From Chlorokybus atmophyticus (lineage: Eukaryota > Plantae > Mesostigma and Chlorokybus algae): a stretch of DNA of 14,078 nucleotides. This document shows positions 1 to 7,531 of this stretch, one piece after another (within the stretch, counting starts at the first letter, position 1; each line of letters opens with the position of its first letter). The stretch covers positions 331,687-345,764 of the forward strand of contig RHPI01000732.1 of the NCBI GenBank assembly GCA_009103225.1, given 5' to 3'. The notes below the pieces were generated by a model. That model was not told the DNA's origin. It did no database searches and saw only the letters and a list, made by a program, of their open reading frames with translations. The position numbers were made by a program, and so were the translations under genes.

Positions 1-32
<32 letters not shown>
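1..32. repeat. (TA)16 microsatellite
   Basis: Perfect TA repeat at 1-32, with TA-rich sequence continuing to ~58. Confidence 0.97.
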
Positions 33-35
<3 letters not shown>

Positions 36-150
36 TGATATATATTTGTATATATACACTATTGCAGCTGCTCTCGGCTACGTCTGCAACCAATAAGACA
101 ATAGCCACAACACTCACAGCAGCAGCGACAACGACGACGACAACACAACT

Positions 151-184
151 GGTATGTCCCATGCACAGGTATGTCCCGTGCACA
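151..184 (+). repeat. 17-bp tandem duplication
   Basis: GGTATGTCCCATGCACA (151-167) followed by GGTATGTCCCGTGCACA (168-184), 16/17 identical. Confidence 0.85.
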
Positions 185-1398
185 AGATATCTAACAGGCA
201 GCGCCCTCTTTCCCGCCAAACCGACCAGTCCTTTTGACCACCTGCGCATCGACGACACCTTCCTTGCCAATGGTCGACGTCGATGCCGCAATGCTAGGAC
301 CAAGACTGCACCCCCTTCGTGAACATGTGGACTTACGAATCCACTGTATCTACTGCTTGAATATGCCTATTGCCAAGTCAAGTCACGTGACCGTTAAAGA
401 AGAAGCTCGTCGGTGCGCGCGTTACATGAGATGGGAAATTGATCGCCGCCTCCTCCCCCAGTTGACAGCAATCCCCAGCTTGGGCCTGCGGCATTTTGAC
501 CGACAAGCACCCCAAAAGTGGCCGCAGTCAGCACTTTGTGAATCTGGCCGCCCCCTTGACAGCATTGATTTGCTATGTTGAGCACCATGTTTGGGGCAAG
601 CAGGTACAAGCTGTGTAATGCAAATGCTTATGATGTATCCAAGTATAGGGGCAAAGGGAGCTTTGGTTTCAAGTCCGCGGACATGCAAGCATTGTCAACA
701 TCCACAATTGTCAAGGAGAAGCTACGGTGCATGTATTGCCGCAAATTGTGCTTCCATTACGTGCTCCATTAAGCAGGTAAAAACTGAGTTGATTGTTAAA
801 GCCCTAGCTATGCATGTGCATACATGTCCGTGACATAATGTTGTATGATTCGGGCATTGTGAGTCTTTATGGAAGGCTCACATATAAGGCCAAGTTTTAT
901 ACTTCAGGTGATCAATTTGGTGCCCGAGATTTTCGCAAAGATTTGCTTCGCATGTTGCGCATGATGTGTTTCATGTCTTCACGACGAAAGCAACCACTTT
1001 TTTCTTGTATGGTCTCAGACATTATGATAATGGCTTCTGGAACCTAGCACATGTGCGTATTTGTGTTAATGAAAGTATTGCAAGCAGTTACGGAGTGACT
1101 CTGCTATTGAAGGGGGGGTGGAAAACGGTTTGTCACGGTGACGACCCTCGACACACACTTCTCCCTCGAAAGCCTGGTGCGAAAACATGACACTATATAT
1201 GGCCTCACTGGTGCACCATACTTGACGTACATAGTTGAAACATGTCTAGAGTGAATTACATGTTAAACAAGTGTTAACCTTCACCGTATATATAATATGA
1301 TTCCATGGTTATATCACGATGATGGTCGTTAACTACATATGTTCTAGTGCCGTGCACACCATACTGCAGGCGTATGATCGTGATTTTGATCTTAAGCG

Positions 1399-1440
1399 AT
1401 GAACAGGTGGTCACAACAATTGTGACCACCTGTAGTTCAT
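1399..1440. repeat. Perfect 14-bp hairpin with imperfect extension
   Basis: ACAGGTGGTCACAA (1403-1416), CAA loop, TTGTGACCACCTGT (1420-1433). ATGAAC/GTTCAT extends the stem across a bulge. Confidence 0.85.
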
Positions 1441-1606
1441 GCTGATTTTTCCATGTATATTGCTGTCCCTGATGTTAATGCGATCATGGCGCGGGCCCGT
1501 GAGGCATGCGAAAATGTGATGCAGAAGAAAAACCAATTGCTGCACTTTAACTGCCTAATGGCGCCGCTGGGATCTGTTAATCAGATGCCAGCCCTCATTG
1601 GACAAG

Positions 1607-2080
1607 ACTGAGCAAAGTCGAGAAGTTGCCATTCACACACCTTTTGCGGACAAGGTGCCCGCAGTATGGAACGCTGGCTTCAGCATGAAAACCTGAGGCT
1701 TGCCGATGTGACGTGCGGTTCAAGCAATTACAACTACAATTACAAGAGGTGCCGCGGTATACATTGCGCTCGAAATTAACAAGGCGCGCACCAACCACGA
1801 CAACCATGGGAGGCCATGGTACTCAACTATGGAGGTGGACGGGGAGGAGGATGACGACATGCCGGTCACCTGGTATGCACATGCCCTTCTCGTCAATGTG
1901 TGTGGTGACAGCGTCCTTCCATTTTTGAAGGAGGCCGTATTAATTCGCCTGCTCACTCAGAGAGATTGAGCGAGTGACACTAGGTGCATTGCATTGAAAC
2001 GGGAGAGGCGTCGAAGTGGGCCGTAGCTTGATGTGACGATGCTTGATCAGTTGAAAGCATAGTTGCACCATACCGCATAC
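1607..2080 (+). pseudogene. Degenerate coding fragment resembling the C-terminus of Plavaka-like (CMC-related) transposases
   Basis: Frame 2 reads ...NHGRPWYSTMEVDGEEDDDMPVTWYAHALLVNVCG...EAVLIRLL...RCIALKRE...GP*LDVTMLDQL, with stops at 1694, 1709, 1967, 2024 and 2060. Family resemblance is from memory of motif patterns and is unverified. Confidence 0.35.
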
Positions 2081-2093
2081 GAGTATGCATTGC

Positions 2094-2427
2094 AAGTCCA
2101 TGTATACGGGTATATACGGGTATGCATTATGGGCCGTCGGTGCATGCGGTAATACTACGTGCACATGATGCTGTTAAACTATTGGTGATCCACCCTTTTT
2201 GCACTGCCGCACTGCCAGAATAATGCCCCTGCCCCAAGTTTAGGGCCATGGCGCACCGCGTGCTACCCGCAATTCGCAACTTGGTGACGCGCGGTGCACA
2301 ACAGCATGCAAATCGGGGCACGGGCATTTATGGCGGTGGAACAGCAGAAGGCCTTAACATACGTGCATGCAATAAGTATACATTACAGTTTATACAATAC
2401 GCGTATATACGCGTATGCAACGGACTT
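2094..2427. mobile_element. Possible degenerate foldback/MITE-like element
   Basis: Nested imperfect inverted repeats: 2094-2123 vs 2397-2427, 2222-2235 vs 2315-2328 (13/14), 2251-2260 vs 2290-2299 (9/10). No TSD seen. Confidence 0.35.
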
Positions 2428-2616
2428 TGGAGCCGTATGGTGCAACTATGGTTGAAAGGATGAGTTCAACGATTGCCCAATCTCAAGCACAGTAGTTGCT
2501 ATTGTGGAGGGTCATTCTTGAAATCATGTGCACTGCTACGTAAACCTCGCCGTTACAGGCATGTACGGCATGTAAGCACGTAATAATGCCTGAAACACAG
2601 TGTGGTGCTAATGTGT

Positions 2617-3117
2617 TCAGAGCACACCAGCGAATGGTACGTGTTGATTAAATGTACATGACCTTATACAGTCAGCCTTGCCATACTCAATGCCATTAGC
2701 GGATTTGGATGGCATCATCCCATGACAATGACAAGGAGGGTAGTTGCAGCGCATGTGCATAGACTGCATCTTGAGGCGCCCCATGAACTCTGCCATAGCC
2801 ATGCCTTTTTCGAAAGTATAACTAAGGTCGCCGAGGGAAGGAAGACAATAGCTTGCAACAACGAGTGGGTTGTCGACACCCACTTCGTCAGGTGGTGAGG
2901 AGGAAGAATCTGAGGCAATGTCTGCTAGGAATGTAGCAGATTCAGCCCGCCTCGCGTCTGAAGGACTTTGCTTTGCATGCTCCCCAGTTGAGTCCCTGAC
3001 TCCTGTGAGGCATGCACACCGCACGCAAAAAGCACAAGTGGGGCAAATGTGAGTGCACAAATGAGGTGATGACTCAGCGCTACGGAGTGAGTTGCAAGTC
3101 AATGCGCTCTTGAACAA
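2617..3117 (-). other. 166-codon ORF of unknown function, possibly containing an exon (~3002-2663) of a decayed spliced gene
   Basis: On the minus strand: acceptor-like CTCACAG at 3003, strong donor TTT|GTAAGT at 3346, pyrimidine-rich intervening DNA, and acceptor-like TTTCAG at 2590. No recognisable domain. Confidence 0.2.
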
Positions 3118-3495
3118 GGACGCTTGAAGAAATGCACACAGCGGTCACGCAGTGTATGCGGAAATGGTTAGGTAAGTGAGGCGAGATCACACACCGCAAG
3201 CATGAAAAGTGCAAGTGAGAGCAAGCACAGTTACTGCTGAACAGTGAGTGGGTATTTAAACAAACACTGCATCAATACGCGAATGATGCAATGTGTAGGT
3301 AGCAAACATAGTGACCACAAGCATGAGAGCAAGCGCGTAAACTTACAAAATGTTGGTGGATCCACTTGTCAGTCTTGTGCAGCGCCAGCGCCGCTCCTGC
3401 TCCAGTCCGTCTACTTGCAACTCACTGCCGACGCGTCCGACAAGAGTTCCCTAAGTCGGCTGTCAACGCGGCCGGCCGCCATAGGGGCTGCATTC

Positions 3496-3575
3496 TGATT
3501 GGCGGAGGCTAGTGCTGGCAGTCTGGGTGTCACGTGGCCCTTCGAATTGAATACAGAGTACGTCTTGATTGGCGG
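3496..3575 (-). promoter_or_regulatory. Two CCAAT boxes flanking a CACGTG G/E-box; candidate promoter
   Basis: TGATTGGCGG at 3496-3505 and 3566-3575 (CCGCCAATCA on minus), exactly 70 bp apart, with CACGTG at 3531-3536. Confidence 0.35.
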
Positions 3576-3981
3576 GGCTTGAGGCCAGCGGCTTAGAAAC
3601 GGATTGATTGATTCAGGTGTCAATTGGACAAAACTGGTGTATTATAAGGTGCGAGGGGAAAATGTGCGTCGAGGGTCATTATCGTGACATAATTGTTTTT
3701 GCAATAGGTACGCCTCAATAAGTAGACTACTACTACTACCCAAAACCACCGCCCCAAGTGCTTGCACCTGCATGCAATCTTAATACAACCGTTATTGGCC
3801 AAATAAGGGCGAGTGGCCAAATGAGGCACCTTTACCCTAAGCCTGGTGTAAGCGAACGGCGTGAAACGCACCCGCATGGTACGCCCGCCAAGCCTAGGGT
3901 GCAAACACCTCCCCGCAGCTGCAGGTTTACCGAGTTACAGTCTGACCTCGATGAATGCATACTATGGGGAACAAGCATATG

Positions 3982-4261
3982 TATGCACTTATCGCATTTA
4001 TGCACACTGGTTAAGTGCATACATTATGCACCCGCTTTAATCACATATATTATGCATTTAAGCTTGGCATAATCTATGCACTTATAGAGTAATATCTATC
4101 TTAACTTACGTTATCACGTTAGCATTTGTAACCACATGTCATAAAATGCACTTATGAATAAATGCATGTGCTCTTAACGCATAGCTGTTAGCCTGAAGAT
4201 GTCGATGATGGCCAAATATATGCACTAAACGCGAATATGCATTTACAAAATATGCACTTAT
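3982..4261. repeat. Cluster of TATGCA(C/T)TTA-like motifs
   Basis: Copies or variants at 3982, 3999, 4025, 4051, 4075, 4145, 4219, 4236 and 4251, plus an inverted copy TAAGTGCATA at 4012-4021. Confidence 0.7.
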
Positions 4262-4377
4262 CAAGCTTAGACTGTACATCACAATGCCCATTAAAAGCAG
4301 GCTTTGTTACTTTGTTAATATTGTGTACAATAGTGAAAATACGGGCTAATTGGGCGGGCCGGCCGGTTTTTATATTG

Positions 4378-5252
4378 CACACGGCACCCGCGATTGCCTT
4401 GTTCGGCTGTTGACCATGTTTAATGACGCAGTAACTATAGCGTGTAATCAATTAGCGTTAAAGGGTAGAGTGGATTAGTTTAAACAAAGGTGAGTAGTGG
4501 CGGCATGTCTTTGGGGTATGGGGCCTGCCCCGACCTCGTACCGCCAAAAACGCGGCCGTTTTAACCACTAACTGTGCCGCAATTGCACCAAATCCCTAGC
4601 AATTTTGGATCGCCGTTGGTAAGCGGTTGCCGTCGAGAGTGATTGGCCAATTCGCTGCCTTTTTGAGCAACGGCTGTTGTCACCGTTGCGATCCCATTTG
4701 ATCAAATTCAAGCGTGACCAGATGGTGGCCTAAAGATGCAAATTTTTATTTAGTTAAATCTTAACGTTAAGGTAATTTAGGTTAGCATTATTTTGATCGT
4801 TGTAACCTTCGCAATACTGACTGCATATCTTGGCACGTACCGTGGAATAAACGTTACGTTAATTATTAAGTTTTATAACGCTTAACTGCAGGTTGCTAGC
4901 CATATTGCACCATATTGCACCATGTTGCAACAGATGTGTTGTTCATTGTGTTGTTCATTTTGCAACACATCTCAGAGATATCAACATGTATCATTGTATC
5001 TCCATATTTATTAATATTATTTCTGTTAAACATAAAAATGATCAACATGCAGCCATACGCGGCCACGTATGCAGAACTGTGCTTTATTTTACATTATTGG
5101 CATGCGTTTAAAGAATTGGATGTGCTTTGGACGGCCAGGATGGTTTAACAGCAAGCAAATCTAACGGTGTAACGCTTGTACTCGCCGCCTAGCCAATGAG
5201 AAGCCGGGCCGGACATACTGCCGCGCAGCCCGGCAGTCGCGGGTGCCGTGTG
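4378..5252. repeat. 16-bp perfect inverted repeat pair ~850 bp apart
   Basis: CACACGGCACCCGCGA (4378-4393) and TCGCGGGTGCCGTGTG (5237-5252). The match extends inward 5 more bp with one mismatch. Confidence 0.7.
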
Positions 5253-5319
5253 ATGGCCCGACCAAAAAGCCGCACCACATCTCCGCACGAAACGTGGCAG
5301 AAACGTTAGTACTTAATGT

Positions 5320-5580
5320 GTCATCTTTATATATGTGGGACATGTTCAGATCATATAAGCCATGTGATAGTATCTATATAGTATATTATATATTATGTAT
5401 AAAATATTTCATGTATCATATATATTTTGCATGCAAAATTACCTATATATATAACAGGTAATGATATTATAGTATTATATGCATGTAATGTGTATATTGC
5501 TATGTATTATTATGACATATATGCATATCTTTCATGTATATATGATGTAATGTATGTATAATATAAGATTACTCATATAT
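5320..5580. repeat. AT-rich low-complexity tract (TATA/TATG-like)
   Basis: Almost entirely A/T with scattered ATG/CAT units, and sharp boundaries against GC-richer flanks. Confidence 0.85.
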
Positions 5581-5587
5581 AAGTGCG

Positions 5588-5604
5588 TACCGTATTTTCC
5601 CGAT
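5588..5604 (+). other. Candidate TA target site plus pogo/Tc2-type terminal inverted repeat start
   Basis: TA|CCGTATTTTCCCGAT directly after the 3' end of the transposase. CCGTA-initial TIRs are recalled for Tc2/Passer-type elements. No partner TIR found downstream. Confidence 0.4.
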
Positions 5605-5780
5605 CACTGTCCCCCCCCTCTGCTGATGCCGGCCTTCTTGAAGGAGTTCTGTACAATGCGTGCAGGGATAGCCTGCCAACTCTCCATGATCCACGTCAGA
5701 ATCTCTGTGAAGGAGCACGCCCGTTTATGGCCGCCAGCAGTGAAGGTGTGCTGGCTTGGATTCGCCATCCACATTTGCCA

Positions 5781-5867
5781 CTACATATGCATAACACCTT
5801 GATAAGTGAATCTTGCTATAACAATGGCATGCCATGTCAACAACAACAGTTGTCATCAACAACTCAC
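5781..5867 (-). other. 87-nt GT-AG intron in the pogo transposase
   Basis: Donor AAG|GTGAGT, acceptor ATATGTAG|TGG. The intron has an in-frame TGA, and removal restores ...DMVRAK-WQMWM... Confidence 0.85.
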
Positions 5868-6050
5868 CTTTGCTCTAACCATGTCCTTGAGAGGTTTGTT
5901 CAGGCCAATGTCCAAGGGCTGCAAGGCACTTGTCATACCACCTGGTATGACAGCTTGGTCAACGCGGATGTGTTGCAGCGCCTTGCCCACAGAGTTACAC
6001 AAATGGGCCCTAAAGCTGTCCCATACAAGCAGAGCTCGTTTGCCAAAAAT

Positions 6051-6487
6051 CTGCATACAAGCCACAACAAGCGTGGGAGCCAGTCAGTCAGCAAATCAGC
6101 ATGCACACACACGAGTACGCATGCATGCCATGCATGCAATGCACACAAGTATAAATGCATGCACACAAGCAGTCGGAAGCAAGGAGCCAGCTAGTGTGTG
6201 CACAAACAAGCGTGCGTGCTCAGCAACCAGCCAGCCAGTCAGTGTGCACACACACAAGTACGCATGCATGCACACAAGCAGCATGCGCACAAGCAGTCGG
6301 AAGCAAGGAGCCAGCCAGTGTGCACACAAACAAGTGTGCGTGCTCTGCAACCAGTCAGTCCGTTAGCGTGCACAACACCAACAACACCAAATACACATGC
6401 ATGCACTAAGCAACAAGCACTGCTTGTACACACATGTATGTTACATGTGTGTACAAGCATAAGCAGTCAATGCACATCACTTAGCAC
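6051..6487 (-). other. 437-nt GT-AG intron in the pogo transposase
   Basis: Donor CAG|GTGCTA, acceptor GTATGCAG|ATT, with CTGAC branch-like motifs ~20-30 nt upstream of the acceptor. Removal restores ...KKRPQ-IFGKRALLVWD. Confidence 0.8.
6075..6375 (+). repeat. Imperfect ~124-bp tandem repeat (~2.3 copies) rich in CACA/CATG
   Basis: AGTCGGAAGCAAGGAGCCAGC begins at 6171 and again at 6295, with a partial earlier copy from ~6078. Confidence 0.8.
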
Positions 6488-6789
6488 CTGTGGGCGCTTC
6501 TTCATAACTACGTCCACCCACTCCACGCACATGTCTTCATTCATCCACCCTTTTTCGTTGGCGTAGATGTGCATGCCCGGCACCGTGAGGTCGCGCGGCA
6601 TCGTCTTCCGCTTGAGCACAACAAGAGGAGGCAACTTGGAACCATCAGCACAAACTGATAGAACAATGTCATGCCATCTACCCTCGCATGCCAGTTCTTC
6701 TCAAGCATGCCTACACCCAGCCCCACGCCAGGGCTACCAGCATGAAGACCGCGCGAGCCCCAGCCTACTGCTAGCTACTGTATCACTCA

Positions 6790-7531
6790 TGTAGCCTGTA
6801 GCTAGGGCTACTTTATAGACCTGTCTGTAGGGACCGCGCGTAGCTGATCAGTTGCAAGTCTGTTAAGAGCACATGTGCTATATCAAGTCTTAGGAGATTT
6901 CCGAAATAGCATTAGGCCTCGATGTGACCGTTGGCCTAGTGCCCGCGTGGCACTGCACAGTCATGATTTGACATGTATAAGTAGGAAGTCACGTCACCAG
7001 ACTGGCTGGTGACACTGTAAGTGAGTACTGTGAGTACTAGGAGTACTAAGAAGTAAAGACTCTGTTTCTAAAAGAGCTTGTGAAGCGACTTGAACTGGAA
7101 GCACGCTGCCCCGGTTGCCAAGAATTCCCTTACTGCGTGAGACACGGTGCATGCTCTTGTGCGCTGTGCCTGCCATTGCTGTGAGCTTGACGGTGGTGTG
7201 TTGTTTCAGTAGTCAGGGTGTTGTATCCACGTGTTGCACACTCATTCACCTCACTTAACAGTGTATCATTCTATCCACTCATGCAAAGAACTGTGTCCAC
7301 AGCACTACCTATCGTAGTGGCTTGTTGACTTACAGTGTCACCCTCTTTGCACAAGTGAGTGTGTTGCAATCTGCATCAGATAGTTCAGTCTGCACCCAGG
7401 GATACATCGCTGGGCATTCGTTATCATTGTCATCACATAGTGCGCACAAGCACTAGTGTGTTGGGTGGTAACAGCATCAGGATAGACGGTAGAGCACAAG
7501 CACTCTACCCTTTCACCTCTGGACCAGCTGT
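6790..7531 (+). promoter_or_regulatory. Putative 5' LTR and leader (boundaries unresolved)
   Basis: Non-coding DNA between the pogo remnant and the gag ATG. Contains TATAAG at 6976, an 8-bp hairpin at 6993-7013, TGTAA at 7016 and GAGTACT x3 at 7023-7047. Confidence 0.35.

Larger units (their letters stand above)
5604..6710 (-). pseudogene. Intron-containing pogo-family (DDE_1, DD35D) transposase, 5'-truncated
   Basis: Exon A ~6710-6488: IVLSVCADGSKLPPLVVLKRKTMP...NEKGWMNEDMCVEWVDVVMKKRPQ. Exon B 6050-5868: IFGKRALLVWDSFRAH...VIPGGMTSALQPLDIGLNKPLKDMVRAK. Exon C 5780-5604: WQMWM...HTFTAGGHKR...WIMESWQAIPARIVQNSFKKAGIS. Both joins are phase 0. There are 35 residues between the VWD and QPLD aspartates. 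A probable frameshift lies near 6667 and the first catalytic Asp is absent. Confidence 0.88.

Noticed and set aside
234-772. Cys-rich snippets (RIHCIYC, LRCMYCRKLCFHY) resembling C-terminal zinc domains of DNA transposases
   Set aside because: Spread over different frames and too short and incomplete to support a call without a profile search.
4335-4344. GAAAATACGG as the partner of the TIR-like CCGTATTTTC at 5590
   Set aside because: It lies on the wrong side (the pair would exclude the transposase), has no flanking TA, and a 10-bp match can be chance.
5189-5237. Helitron 3' end (ACTGCCG/CGGCAGT hairpin plus CTAG)
   Set aside because: The hairpin-to-CTAG spacing (~26 nt on the minus strand) is longer than typical, and there is no other Helitron evidence.
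5583-6566. Plus-strand ORFs of 203, 186, 122 and 84 aa and overlapping minus ORFs
   Set aside because: They are antisense shadows of the pogo exons or translations of the intronic tandem repeat, with no independent motifs.
7256-7475. tRNA primer-binding site candidates (AACA-GTGTATCA at ~7257; TGGTAACAG at 7466)
   Set aside because: The first lacks the TGG start. The second mismatches the iMet consensus and does not follow a terminal CA.
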